Source of the DNA: an uncultured Solirubrobacteraceae bacterium
GTDB taxonomy: Bacteria; Actinomycetota; Thermoleophilia; Solirubrobacterales; Solirubrobacteraceae
Reading direction: 5' to 3'
Assembly: GCA_963803335.1 (NCBI GenBank)
Contig: CAWDME010000022.1
Location: 8,325 to 72,324 of the forward strand
Length of the DNA: 64,000 bases
Shown here: one piece after another, positions 27,497 to 36,737 of the stretch
How positions within the stretch are numbered: the stretch's first letter is position 1
Layout of the letters: every line of letters starts with the position of its first letter
Notes under the pieces: model-generated
Database searches by the model: none
The model's input: the letters and a program-made list of their open reading frames with translations, nothing else
What the model was told of the DNA's origin: nothing
Made by a program: the position numbers and the translations under genes

Positions 27497-27510
27497 GTCG
27501 CATATGCGAC
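27497..27510. promoter_or_regulatory. Perfect 14-bp palindrome GTCGCATATGCGAC downstream of ctaA, flanked by GGCGTCGC repeats
   Basis: Read directly. It lies 13 nt after the ctaA stop and 28 nt before the next start. It could be a short terminator stem or an operator. Confidence 0.25.
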
Positions 27511-27537
27511 AGACGGGCGTCGCCTACCATCGGGAGC

Positions 27538-27807
27538 GTGTCAGCCCGGCCGCGCGTCCGCTGGGGGATCCGGTACGGGATCCCGCTGGTTCTGTTCGTG
27601 GCGGGCTGGGTGGTCCTGTTCACGGGGGATGACGGCATCCGCTGGGACGGGTGGGCGATGTTCCTCGGATCAGCGGGCGCCGTCCTGCTGCTGAACGTGC
27701 TGTTCCGCTATGGCGCCAAGGGCGATGCGGAGCGGCAGGCCGAGGAGACGGCGCGCGAGTACTTCGACGCCCACGGGCACTGGCCCGACGAAGCGCCGCG
27801 CCGCTAA
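27538..27807 (+). CDS. Small membrane protein (hypothetical, 2 TM)
   Basis: 89-aa ORF with two clear hydrophobic helices (IPLVLFVAGWVVLFTG, AMFLGSAGAVLLLNVLF) and a charged tail. Coding-like third-position bias. No known motif. Confidence 0.5.
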   Translation: MSARPRVRWGIRYGIPLVLFVAGWVVLFTGDDGIRWDGWAMFLGSAGAVLLLNVLFRYGAKGDAERQAEETAREYFDAHGHWPDEAPRR

Positions 27808-27962
27808 CGGCCTGTCATCACCGAACTTCTACCCGAGGTCCCAAAAACGCCGTATGCGATCGGACCGTTGGGCACCAGATTGTAGGCAAGCTCTAAGAAC
27901 CGGCTCCGGATGCCCCGGCAATACCTCAAGAAACGCGGCGCGAGGTACGCCAGCCTGAATGC

Positions 27963-28898
27963 ATGTCGAGAGCTGAACGCACCGCGAACATGATCGGCGT
28001 GGTCGTCCCGTTCCTCGGTCTGCTGGCGGCGATCGTGCTGTTGTGGAACCAGTGGGTCGATGCCACGGACCTGGCGATCATGGCCGTCACCTACATCTTG
28101 TTCGGCTTCGGCGTGACCGTCGGTTATCACCGGCTGCTCACGCACCGAGGCTTCCAGACCTACAAGGGCCTGCAGTACATGTGGGCCGTACTCGGCGGGA
28201 TGGGCCTGCAGGGCTCGGTTCTCGACTGGGTCGCCGACCACCGCAAGCACCACGCGCACACCGACCAGGAGGGCGATCCGCACTCCCCCCATGTCGGCCA
28301 CGGCCACGGCATCAAGGGGCTCTGGCACGCGCACACCGGCTGGCTGTTCGAAACGCACGGCCAGTCCGACTGGAAGAAGTACGCCGCCGAGCTGTACGAG
28401 GACCCGGGCATGCGCCGCATCAACAAGGCGTTCCCGTGGATCGCGTACCTGAGCCTGGCGATCCCGACGGTGCTCGGCTTCGTGCTGCACGGCTTCACCG
28501 CAGAGGGCGCGCTGCGCGGCCTCGTCTGGGGCGGCCTCGTGCGCGCGTTCTTCCTGCACCACGTGACGTGGTCGATCAACTCGGTCTGCCATTACTTCGG
28601 GCGTCGCCGCTTCGACATCGAGGACCACTCGACCAACGTGTTCTGGCTCGCGCTGCCCTCGTTCGGCGAGAGCTGGCATCACAACCACCACGCCTTCCCG
28701 CGCTCGGCCGCGCACGGCCTCGGCCGCTGGGAGGTCGACCTATCGGCGCTGCTGATCCGCGGGATGAAGCGCGTCGGCCTGGCCTGGAACGTGATCCAGA
28801 TCGCGCCCGAGCGGCAGGCGGCGAAGCTCATCGGCGCCACGCCGCCCGCTCCCGCGCCGGCCCCCGCCGAGCGCGAGCGCGAGCCCGCCGGCGTGTAG
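27963..28898 (+). CDS. Acyl-CoA (stearoyl-CoA delta-9 type) membrane fatty-acid desaturase
   Basis: Three histidine boxes in canonical order, HRLLTH, HRKHHAHTD and HNHHAFP, plus N-terminal TM pairs. It is preceded by a ~155-bp lower-GC spacer. Confidence 0.9.
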   Translation: MSRAERTANMIGVVVPFLGLLAAIVLLWNQWVDATDLAIMAVTYILFGFGVTVGYHRLLTHRGFQTYKGLQYMWAVLGGMGLQGSVLDWVADHRKHHAHTDQEGDPHSPHVGHGHGIKGLWHAHTGWLFETHGQSDWKKYAAELYEDPGMRRINKAFPWIAYLSLAIPTVLGFVLHGFTAEGALRGLVWGGLVRAFFLHHVTWSINSVCHYFGRRRFDIEDHSTNVFWLALPSFGESWHHNHHAFPRSAAHGLGRWEVDLSALLIRGMKRVGLAWNVIQIAPERQAAKLIGATPPAPAPAPAEREREPAGV

Positions 28899-28911
28899 CT
28901 TCCCGCGCGTC

Positions 28912-29832
28912 ATGCAGGGCGCGCGGGCAGTCGGTCTTGCGGTTGCGGCCCTGATCGCCGCGCTGCCCGCTGGCGCCGCTCACGCGGCGAAGCCGGCCGC
29001 GGCGTGCGATCTCGGAAGGCCCGTCGCCGAGCGGATCCTCGTCGCGCCCCGGGCCGCCACGTGGTACTCGGTCGACGCGCTCAATCCGGACGTCGTCCGT
29101 TGGCGTCACCGCTACTGGCTGTTCTTCTCCGGCAACGACATCCACAGCGCGGACGGCCACTGGCGGACCGGCGTGGCGGTGAGCCGGAGCCCGCTCGGCC
29201 CGTTCCGCGTCCTGAGGCGCAACTGGGAGTTCGTCAACGGCGGCACGCTCGTGCGCGGCGGGCGGCTGTGGCAGGCCGCGACCACGCCGAGCGGCCCGGC
29301 GCTCATGCGCAGCGAGACCGGGCTGCGCTGGCAGACGGTCGCGCCCGTGCCGCGCTTCCCCGACTGGCGTGCGGTCGTCTCCGACTTCTCGCTGCGCGCG
29401 TGGGGCGACGGCATCCAGGCGTACTTCGCCGGTCGCGCCGGGCCGACCGGCGCCGACATCGGCACGGTCAGCTTCCGCGACGGCCGCTGGCGCGACTGGC
29501 AGCTGCTCCTGGGTCGCGAGGCCGTGATCGGCGACGGGAGCGACCTCGGCGAGCCCGTCGTGTTCCGCTACGGCGGCCGGACGCTGATGGTCTACGGACG
29601 GATGCGCGCCGACTACGTGCGCGAACTGGCGCTCGCCTACCGCCGGCAAGGCGTCTGGCAGAAGTGCCCGCGGCCGTTCTTCACGGCGCCCGCGACGGGC
29701 TGGTACCGGCGCAACGTCATCGACCCGGAGCCGCTGGTCATGGGCGACCGGCTGTACCTGTACTTCGGGGGCGGTATTGCGAGCAGCCTCGGCGGGGACA
29801 TGGACGGCCGGATCGGCGTTGCGGGTCTATGA
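28912..29832 (+). CDS. Secreted protein, possible five-bladed beta-propeller (GH43/GH130-like) fold
   Basis: Signal peptide MQGARAVGLAVAALIAALPAGAAHA. Repeated W/Y-rich strands (YWLFFSGND, WRTGVAVSRSPLGPF, IQAYFAG, MVYGR, LYLYFGG) resemble propeller glycosidases. The fold assignment is inference only. Confidence 0.55.
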   Translation: MQGARAVGLAVAALIAALPAGAAHAAKPAAACDLGRPVAERILVAPRAATWYSVDALNPDVVRWRHRYWLFFSGNDIHSADGHWRTGVAVSRSPLGPFRVLRRNWEFVNGGTLVRGGRLWQAATTPSGPALMRSETGLRWQTVAPVPRFPDWRAVVSDFSLRAWGDGIQAYFAGRAGPTGADIGTVSFRDGRWRDWQLLLGREAVIGDGSDLGEPVVFRYGGRTLMVYGRMRADYVRELALAYRRQGVWQKCPRPFFTAPATGWYRRNVIDPEPLVMGDRLYLYFGGGIASSLGGDMDGRIGVAGL

Positions 29833-29866
29833 CCTTCGCCACCCCGCCCCGTAGCCGGCGTTCGAG

Positions 29867-30943
29867 CTAGGAGTGCCGCGCGCGCACGCGGATGAACGCG
29901 ACCGGCAGGCCGCAGTCCGTCATCTGCTTCGGCGCGACCGCGATCCGCAGCCGCTTCGCCTTGCGGGGAGGACGTACGCGGAACCGCGCACGCCCGCGCT
30001 TGTCCGACCGGGCGGCGACGCGCAGTGTGTGCGCCTTGAGCACGACGCGAGCGCCTTGGACGCGTGAACTGCCGTGGCGCACGGTCACGACGATGGCCGT
30101 CTTGCGTGCGGCGCGCACCGTCCGGCGGCTCACGGTGATCGACGTGCAGCCCGCGGGCGTCGTACGGCCCCCCTTGGTCGCTTCGATCGCGCCGGTCTGC
30201 CCGGGGTCGCGCCCGATCGGGCCGCTCCCCGGGGTTGCCGCGGGAGCCACGGCGTCGGCCATGGTCTGCATGGTTGTCAGTGCCGACCGCCAGATCGTCA
30301 CATCGTCGATGTCGCCGATGAACGGCAGCTCGCAGTTGCTGTGATAGGTGCCGATGAACGGCGCGCGGCTCGACAGCCCGTACTCGATGTTCGTCGGGCC
30401 CGGCGTGCCGCTACCCACCTCGACGCCGTCGAGGAAGAGGCGGACGCGCGCGCCGTCGTAGCCGCCGGTCAGCCGGTGCCAGCGGCCATCCCAGATCGTT
30501 GACGGACTGACCTGTGGCGAGAGTGTGAAGAAGCCATTGCCCGCCACGTAGAACGCGGCGCCGCCGGCCTCACCGGTGTAGAGCCCGTACGAGCTGCGCA
30601 GGCACGTGCTGGAGCCTTTGGAGAACACGTAACGGAACTTGCCGGGCGACGCGGAGGCGCGCACCCAGGCAGCGACCGTGAGGTGGGAAGGCTCGAGCGA
30701 AGGATCGTCCGGCAGCGCGACGGCGTCGTTGCCGTCGAACCGCAGTGCCGTGCCGGCAACACCGGCGATCCAGGTGGGTCCGGCGAGCGCGCCGTTCAGA
30801 TGAAGCGACGCGACGTCGGCCGCTACTGCCCCGGAGCCCTCGTCAAAGGGCCACTCGGCTACCGGATCGGCGGCTGCGGCGGGCGCCGCGCAGAGGAGCA
30901 CACACGCTGCCGCTAGGGCGAGCGCTCGAGGTCCGATAGCCAT
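29867..30943 (-). CDS. Secreted LamG/concanavalin-A-like lectin domain protein
   Basis: ATG 30943. Signal peptide MAIGPRALALAAACVLLCAAPAAAA. WPFDEGSGAVA..GTALRFDGNDAVALPD..LTVAAWVRA..WHRLTGGYDGARVRLFLDGVEVGS..FIGDIDDVTIWRSAL is the LamG laminin-G_3 pattern. The C-terminal domain is basic and Ig-like. Confidence 0.7.
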   Translation of the reverse strand: MAIGPRALALAAACVLLCAAPAAAADPVAEWPFDEGSGAVAADVASLHLNGALAGPTWIAGVAGTALRFDGNDAVALPDDPSLEPSHLTVAAWVRASASPGKFRYVFSKGSSTCLRSSYGLYTGEAGGAAFYVAGNGFFTLSPQVSPSTIWDGRWHRLTGGYDGARVRLFLDGVEVGSGTPGPTNIEYGLSSRAPFIGTYHSNCELPFIGDIDDVTIWRSALTTMQTMADAVAPAATPGSGPIGRDPGQTGAIEATKGGRTTPAGCTSITVSRRTVRAARKTAIVVTVRHGSSRVQGARVVLKAHTLRVAARSDKRGRARFRVRPPRKAKRLRIAVAPKQMTDCGLPVAFIRVRARHS

Positions 30944-31031
30944 CCGAGGCTCCAGTTTGGCCGCTCCATGTTTGTGCTGCCAACAATAGCCGTCGCCCCG
31001 CGCCGGATCACTGGGATGTTCGTCTAGTGCC

Positions 31032-32081
31032 TCACGATTGTTCAACCGGTGGGCTGCGCCACTTGCTCGCCGTCTCACGGTTGGCGCGTTTGCATGCCAC
31101 AGGCGGAAGACCACGCATGATCAGCTCGAGATCGGCGACCGCGAGCCGGCCGATCTGCTGGAACGCCTCGCGCATGCCACCGGCGCGATGGGGCGAGAGC
31201 AGGAGCCCGTCGAGCCGACGGGCCGGATTGTCGGCGGCGAGCGGCTCGTCGGGGAACACGTCGGTGGCGGCGCGCAGGCGCCCGCGCCCGACGAGGTCGG
31301 TGAGCGCGTCGAAGTCCACGACGCCCGCGCGGCTCATGAGCAGGAGCACGGCGTCGGCCCGGATCCGCTCGAGCTGCGCGCGGCCGAGGAAGCCCTCGTT
31401 CTCGCTCGTGGCCGCAGCGAACACGAAGATCACGCGCGCGGCTTCCAGCAGCTCGTCCAGTGGCGCGGGGCGGGCGCCAGCCTGCTCGATCACGAGGTCG
31501 GGCAGCCACGGGTCGTAGATTGCCACGTCGCAGCGGAACGGCGCGAGCAGCCGGTGGAGCTCGCGTCCGAGGTCACCGAATCCGATGATCCCGACCGGCT
31601 GGCCGGTGAGCAGGAACGCGCGCTCGTTGCTGGCGAGCCCGTACGACTCCGTCCCGGCCCGCGTCGCCCGGTCGGCCGCGCTGATCCCGCGCGCGAGGTC
31701 GAGCGCCATGCCCAGCGCCATCTCCGCCACCGGCAGCGCGAACGCCGGGCTCGCGTTGAGGACGTGGATGCCGCGGTCGAGCGCCGTCGCGTAGTCGACG
31801 TTCGGGAGGAAGTTGCCTTCGACGTTGACGATCGCCCGCAGCTTCGGCGCTCTCGCCAGGCGCTCCGCGGGCATCGCGGTCTGCCCGAGGATCGCGACGA
31901 CATCGGGGAGATGCCGCTCCACGAGCTCGTCCGGCATCGGCCCGTGGTCATGGATCACGAGCGGCCCGAGCGCCTCGAGCCGGGCGCGTGTAGGGGCGTC
32001 GCAGATCATGTCCAGCGTCCGCGGCAGGGGATCGACGAGGATCACGGCGCGAATCGTGCCAGGGTCTTGACAGTCGAACAC
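31032..32081 (-). CDS. D-isomer-specific 2-hydroxyacid dehydrogenase (NAD-binding) family
   Basis: VGIIGFGDLGRELHRLL (GxGxxG), FVFAAATSENEGFL, LLMSRAGVVD, LLLSPHRAG (catalytic His). The start is set to GTG 32081; the track ORF extends to 32135. Confidence 0.85.
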   Translation of the reverse strand: MFDCQDPGTIRAVILVDPLPRTLDMICDAPTRARLEALGPLVIHDHGPMPDELVERHLPDVVAILGQTAMPAERLARAPKLRAIVNVEGNFLPNVDYATALDRGIHVLNASPAFALPVAEMALGMALDLARGISAADRATRAGTESYGLASNERAFLLTGQPVGIIGFGDLGRELHRLLAPFRCDVAIYDPWLPDLVIEQAGARPAPLDELLEAARVIFVFAAATSENEGFLGRAQLERIRADAVLLLMSRAGVVDFDALTDLVGRGRLRAATDVFPDEPLAADNPARRLDGLLLSPHRAGGMREAFQQIGRLAVADLELIMRGLPPVACKRANRETASKWRSPPVEQS

Positions 32082-32084
32082 TCT

Positions 32085-32094
32085 CGATATATCG
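32085..32094. promoter_or_regulatory. Perfect 10-bp palindrome CGATATATCG in the divergent dehydrogenase/PadR spacer (candidate operator)
   Basis: Read directly. It is the only AT-rich element in the 56-bp spacer, 44 nt upstream of the padR-like ATG (which has an AGGAG 7 nt upstream). Confidence 0.3.
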
Positions 32095-32137
32095 TGATGC
32101 GTCGTAGATACAACCTTCTTCCTCCCCAGGAGCACCT

Positions 32138-32785
32138 ATGACGTACGCAGCACAAGCACAAAATCGATTCGACCCCCGATGGCTCGGCCTGCTTGCGATG
32201 GCCGGTCGCCATCACCACGGCCGCTCCCGCCACGGCGGGCGTGGGTTCCCGTTCAGCGGTCCGTGGGGCTTCGGACCCGGTGGCCCCATGGGCCGCGGCG
32301 GGCCGCGCGCCCGCCGCGGTGACGTCCGCGCGGCGATGCTCAAGCTCCTCGCCGAGGAGCCGCGCAACGGCTACCAGCTCATGCAGGAGATCGAGCGGCG
32401 GAGCGAGGGCATGTGGCGCCCGAGTCCGGGGTCGGTCTACCCGGCGCTCCAGCAGCTCGAGGACGAAGGGCTCGTCCGTGCCGAGGAGACCGACGGCCGC
32501 AAGCTCTTCCACCTGACCGACGCCGGGCACGAGGCTGCCGCGGCCATCGGCGCGGAGGGCGCACCGTGGGACGCGGTCAGCGAGTCCGTCGACAGCGACG
32601 TCTGGGAGATGTTCGCGGTCGCAAAGCAGGTCGGCATGGCGATCTTCCAGATCGCTCAGGCCGGCACGGCCGAGCAGGTCGTCGCCGCCCGCGAGATCCT
32701 CAGCAACGCCCGCCGCTCCCTCTACGGCATCCTCGCCGAGGACGACCCGGAGCCCGAGGCGCCGACCGAGACCGAAGAGGCCTAG
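32138..32785 (+). CDS. PadR family transcriptional regulator with Gly/Arg/His-rich N-terminal extension
   Basis: Winged-helix core LKLLAEEPRNGYQLMQEIERRSEGMWRPSPGSVYPALQQLEDEGLV. N-terminal GRHHHGRSRHGGRGFPFSGPWGFGPGGPMGRGGPRARRG. C-terminal helical domain. Confidence 0.85.
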   Translation: MTYAAQAQNRFDPRWLGLLAMAGRHHHGRSRHGGRGFPFSGPWGFGPGGPMGRGGPRARRGDVRAAMLKLLAEEPRNGYQLMQEIERRSEGMWRPSPGSVYPALQQLEDEGLVRAEETDGRKLFHLTDAGHEAAAAIGAEGAPWDAVSESVDSDVWEMFAVAKQVGMAIFQIAQAGTAEQVVAAREILSNARRSLYGILAEDDPEPEAPTETEEA

Positions 32786-33723
32786 CGCCTCGGCAGCACC
32801 AGCACGGCGAACAGCGCGCGGTGATCGGTCCCCGGGACCCCGTTGATCGACACCGCGCGCACGCCGATGCGCCTGTCCGCCAGTACGTGGTCGATGGCCA
32901 CGGCGGGCGGGAACGTCCGGCCCGCGGGCCACGTCCCGTGCAGGCCGGCGCCGACGACGGCGGCGGTGTCCTCGTAGCCGGTGTCGATCACCCGGCGCAT
33001 CGCCTTGTGGTCGAGCGTCGCGTTGAAGTCGCCGGCCATGATCCGGAGCCGGCCGTCGGGCTCGGCGGGCGGGAGCAACCGCATATCGCCGGCCCAGTCG
33101 CTGACGGCGTCGCGCTGCGGTGCGGCCGGATGGACGCCGATGAGATCGATCGCCGGGCCGCCGCGCACGCGCGCCGTCGCCCAGACCATCCCGAACGGCT
33201 CCGACGGCACGTGCGGCGGCCGGCCCAGCGGCATCCGCGCGTACAGCCCGGTGCCGCTCGCGTCCTCGGCCGGGCGCAGCGTGTAGTACGGCATCACTGA
33301 GCCGAGGCCCGCGCGATCGAGCTCCACGATGAGGCCCGACGTGAGCTCCTGCACGCTGAGCACATCCGCGTGCGTGCGCCGCACGAGAGCCACCAGCGCC
33401 GGCGCCGACCCCTTCCCGTAGCGCATATTCACGGTCAGCACCCGCAGCGTCGGCCCCGCGGCGCCTTTCGGCTCGGTCGGCCCACCGAGGGCGCGCGGCG
33501 CGACCACCGCCAGGAGCGTCAGCGCCGCGAGTGCGGCGACGAGCGCCGCGGCGCGCCGGCGCAGCAGCACCGCGATCACGACGACGGCCCCCGCCGCCAC
33601 GGTGACGTACGGCGTGAACGCCACGAGCTGCACCAGCGGGAAGCCGTGCTCGAGGCCGAACAGGCGCATCGCCGCCCATGCCGCGCAGGCGAGGGCGAGG
33701 AGCCAGGCGACCACGGTGCGCAT
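32782..33723 (-). CDS. Endonuclease/exonuclease/phosphatase (EEP) family protein with N-terminal TM helices
   Basis: ATG 33723. Three N-terminal TM stretches, then LRVLTVNMRYG, ADVLSVQE, IMAGDFNATLDH, IDHVLA, GTDHRAL, which are the EEP catalytic blocks. Confidence 0.8.
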   Translation of the reverse strand: MRTVVAWLLALACAAWAAMRLFGLEHGFPLVQLVAFTPYVTVAAGAVVVIAVLLRRRAAALVAALAALTLLAVVAPRALGGPTEPKGAAGPTLRVLTVNMRYGKGSAPALVALVRRTHADVLSVQELTSGLIVELDRAGLGSVMPYYTLRPAEDASGTGLYARMPLGRPPHVPSEPFGMVWATARVRGGPAIDLIGVHPAAPQRDAVSDWAGDMRLLPPAEPDGRLRIMAGDFNATLDHKAMRRVIDTGYEDTAAVVGAGLHGTWPAGRTFPPAVAIDHVLADRRIGVRAVSINGVPGTDHRALFAVLVLPRR

Positions 33724-33784
33724 CGACACTAGGACACAGTGTCCCAACCAGTGCGGCGCCGACCTTGCCAAGCTGTGGGCAGAC

Positions 33785-36433
33785 GTGACGGTCACCGACA
33801 TCCGCTCGCGCCGCGAGCAGGGCGCGTCCGCGCTCGACCAGGACACCGCCCTGCTCTCCGGTCTGCTCGAGGAGACGATCGCCGACCAGGGCGGCGAGGC
33901 GCTGCGCAACGCCGTCGTCCGCCTGCACCAGGCGGGCGCGCGGGCGCGCGCCGGCGAGGCGGGCGCCGAGGCCGAGGCGGCGGCGCTGGCGGCCGAGATC
34001 CTCGACGGCGATCCGCTCGACGTCATCCGCGCGTGCTCGATGGAGCTGCACCTCGCGAACCTCGCTGAGACGCGCGAGCGCGTCCGCCGCCGCCGGACCT
34101 ACGAGCACGCGGGCGGGCCGCCGCAGCGCGAGTCGATCGCCGAGGCCGCCGCACGGCTCTCCGCACGCTCGTCCAAGGCCGCCGCCCGAGCCCTCGACGA
34201 CCTGCGGCTCGACCTCACGTTCACCGCGCATCCGACGGAGGCGACGCGCTGGTCGGTGATGCAGCACGCCGGTGACGTCAGCGCCCTGCTCGCCGAGCTC
34301 GACGATCCGCGCCTGGGCCCGACCGGGCGCGAGCGGATCGTCGACCGCATGCGCGAGGCGCTCGCGCTGTGGTGGCAGACCGCTGAGGTGCGGCGCGCCC
34401 GCCCCGGCGTCGAGGACGAGGTCCGGCGCAACCTGCACTTCTTCGACCGCGTGCTGTTCGACCAGGTCCCCGAGCTCGTGCGCGAGCTCGAGCGCTGCTT
34501 CGGCGACCGCCCGCTCGACTTCGCGCCGCTGCGCTTCAGCAGCTGGGCCGGCGGCGATATGGACGGCCACCCGGGCGTGACCGCCGCCACGTTCACCGCC
34601 ACCGTCGAAGTCCACCGGCGCCTGGCGATGCGCCTGCTGCGGGAACGCATCGAGCGGCTCGCCAGCCGCTACTCGCAGAGCGAGACCGAGATGGGCGCGG
34701 GCCGCGCCGCGCTGGAGGCGAGCCTGCGCCGCGACGCCGCGCTGATGCCCGACATCACGCGCCGGCTCGGCGACCGCCGTCGCCACGAGCCGCTGCGCGC
34801 CAAGCTCAACTACATCTCCGAGCGCCTGCTGGTGACCGGCGAGGCGCCCGACAGCCCGCTCGCCTACTCGAGCGTCGAGCCGCTGCGGCGCGACCTCGAG
34901 CTCGTGCGTGACGCGGCCGGGGGCAGCGCGGTGGCCGACGGCGCCGTCAAGGACCTGCTGCGTCAGGTCGCCGCCTTCGGCCTGCATCTCGCGCGGCTCG
35001 ACGTCCGCCTTGCCGCGGACGCGATCAACGATTCCGTCGGCCGCGAGGCGCCCGAGCTCGCCGGCGCGGACGAGCAGCAGAAGCGGCGGATCCTCGCCTC
35101 CCACATCGCGGAGGCGCACGCCGACCAGTTCGGCCCGATCTGCCCGCCGACCGAGGCGCTGCACGCGCTCAGCCAGGCCACCCGGCGCTACCGCGACGGC
35201 GCCGACACGCTCGTCATCTCGATGGTCCACGCGGTCTCGGACGTGCTCGGCGCGCTGTGGCTCGCCCGCCGCGCCGGAGTCGGCGGCCCGGACGAGCCGC
35301 CGCTGCACATCACGCCGCTGTTCGAGACGCTCGTCGCGCTCGAGCAGGCGCCCGACACCATGGCCGCCCTGTACGCCGACCCGGTCTACCGCGAGCACCT
35401 GGGCCGCCACGGCGACCGCCAGGAGATCATGCTCGGCTACTCGGACTCGGCCAAGGACGCCGGCTTCCTCACCAGCCAGTGGGCGATCTACTGCGCCCAG
35501 GAGCGGCTCGTCGCCCAGGCCCCCGAGCACGGCGTCGAGGTCGCGTTCTTCCACGGCCGCGGCGGCTCCGCCTCGCGCGGCGGCGCGCCCGCCCACCAGG
35601 CGATCCTCGCGCAGCCGCCCGGCACGCTCGACGGCGGCGTGCGGATCACCGAGCAGGGCGAGGTGATCTCGGCCAAGTACGCCGACCCCGGCCTCGCCGG
35701 CCGCTCGCTCGAGCAGCAGCTGTCCGGCCTCCTGCTCGCCCGCGCGGCGCCTGGTGCGCCCGCACCCGCCGATTTCCGCGAGGAGATGGACCGCGCCGCC
35801 GCGCGCTCGCACGGGGTCTACCGGGCGCTCGTCGACGACGAGGACTTCGTGCGCTTCTTCCACCAGGTCTCGCCGATCGACGCGCTGTCGGAGCTGACGA
35901 TCGGCTCGCGGCCCGCGTCACGCAAGGCGGGCGGCCGACTGGAGGACCTGCGCGCGATCCCGTGGGTGTTCGCGTGGACGCAGAACCGCATCCTGCTGCC
36001 GTCGTGGTACGGCGCCGGCAGCGCGCTGGAGGAGGGCGACCTCGAGCGCCAGCGCGCGATGTGGGAGCGCTGGCCGTTCTTCCGCATGGCCTGCTCGACG
36101 CTCGAGATGGCGCTCTTCAAGGTCGACCTGTCGGTCGGCCGCCGCTACCTGGCGCTCGTCGACGACGCGCTCGCCGACCGCTTCTGGCCCGCGCTGGAGG
36201 CCGAGCACGCGCGCGTGGTGGCGCGGCTGCTGGCGATCCGCGAAGGCGAGGCGCTGCTCGACGGCGCACCCGCGCTGCGCGACCGGCTCTCGCACCGCAA
36301 CCGCTGGGTCGACCCGCTCTCGCACCTGCAGGTCGCGCTGCTCGCCCGCTCGCGGGGCGGCGACGAGACCGGCGGCGCCGCGCTGATGGCCACCATCGCC
36401 GGCATCGCGGCGGGTCTCCGAAACACGGGGTAG
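33785..36433 (+). CDS. ppc: Phosphoenolpyruvate carboxylase
   Basis: TFTAHPTEATR, MLGYSDSAKDAGF, FFHGRGGSASRGGAP, WVFAWTQNR, C-terminal IAGIAAGLRNTG. The start is set to GTG 33785 (VTVTDIRS..); the upstream 61 codons of the track ORF overlap the EEP gene start. Confidence 0.93.
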   Translation: MTVTDIRSRREQGASALDQDTALLSGLLEETIADQGGEALRNAVVRLHQAGARARAGEAGAEAEAAALAAEILDGDPLDVIRACSMELHLANLAETRERVRRRRTYEHAGGPPQRESIAEAAARLSARSSKAAARALDDLRLDLTFTAHPTEATRWSVMQHAGDVSALLAELDDPRLGPTGRERIVDRMREALALWWQTAEVRRARPGVEDEVRRNLHFFDRVLFDQVPELVRELERCFGDRPLDFAPLRFSSWAGGDMDGHPGVTAATFTATVEVHRRLAMRLLRERIERLASRYSQSETEMGAGRAALEASLRRDAALMPDITRRLGDRRRHEPLRAKLNYISERLLVTGEAPDSPLAYSSVEPLRRDLELVRDAAGGSAVADGAVKDLLRQVAAFGLHLARLDVRLAADAINDSVGREAPELAGADEQQKRRILASHIAEAHADQFGPICPPTEALHALSQATRRYRDGADTLVISMVHAVSDVLGALWLARRAGVGGPDEPPLHITPLFETLVALEQAPDTMAALYADPVYREHLGRHGDRQEIMLGYSDSAKDAGFLTSQWAIYCAQERLVAQAPEHGVEVAFFHGRGGSASRGGAPAHQAILAQPPGTLDGGVRITEQGEVISAKYADPGLAGRSLEQQLSGLLLARAAPGAPAPADFREEMDRAAARSHGVYRALVDDEDFVRFFHQVSPIDALSELTIGSRPASRKAGGRLEDLRAIPWVFAWTQNRILLPSWYGAGSALEEGDLERQRAMWERWPFFRMACSTLEMALFKVDLSVGRRYLALVDDALADRFWPALEAEHARVVARLLAIREGEALLDGAPALRDRLSHRNRWVDPLSHLQVALLARSRGGDETGGAALMATIAGIAAGLRNTG

Positions 36434-36462
36434 GGCTGCCCGCCCTTAAGGGGCGGCAGCCC
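36433..36462 (+). terminator. GC-rich hairpin directly after the ppc stop (intrinsic-terminator-like, no U tract)
   Basis: GGGCTGCCCGCCC-TTAA-GGGGCGGCAGCCC: an 8-bp and a 4-bp stem with one bulged C, starting at the last base of the TAG. Confidence 0.55.
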
Positions 36463-36737
36463 GCACTCGCAGACGCAAGGCAGCGCGATAGTTGGAGATG
36501 TCACATGGGCGGAGTATGTGTCCCATGAACGCCACCATCATCTCCACCGTTCACGCGACGGCCGTCCAGACCGGTCGCGTCAACCGCCGCGGGCGCCGCA
36601 GCTAAGACCATGACCATCCTGGTCACCCCCCGCCCGCCGATCGCCGCCGCCGCGCACGCCTTCTCGACTCCGGTCGTGCGCGAGCTCCCGCCGGTGCAGC
36701 GGCCCGGCATGTTCGACTCCACCTGGTAGCCGGCGGC

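Noticed and set aside
32042-35863. 1273-aa minus-strand ORF, the longest in the track.
   Set aside because: It is antisense to ppc and the PadR/EEP genes. The translation is Arg/Ala/Gly/Pro-rich with no motif, while the opposite strand carries unmistakable PEP carboxylase blocks. This is a typical shadow ORF of stop-poor high-GC DNA.
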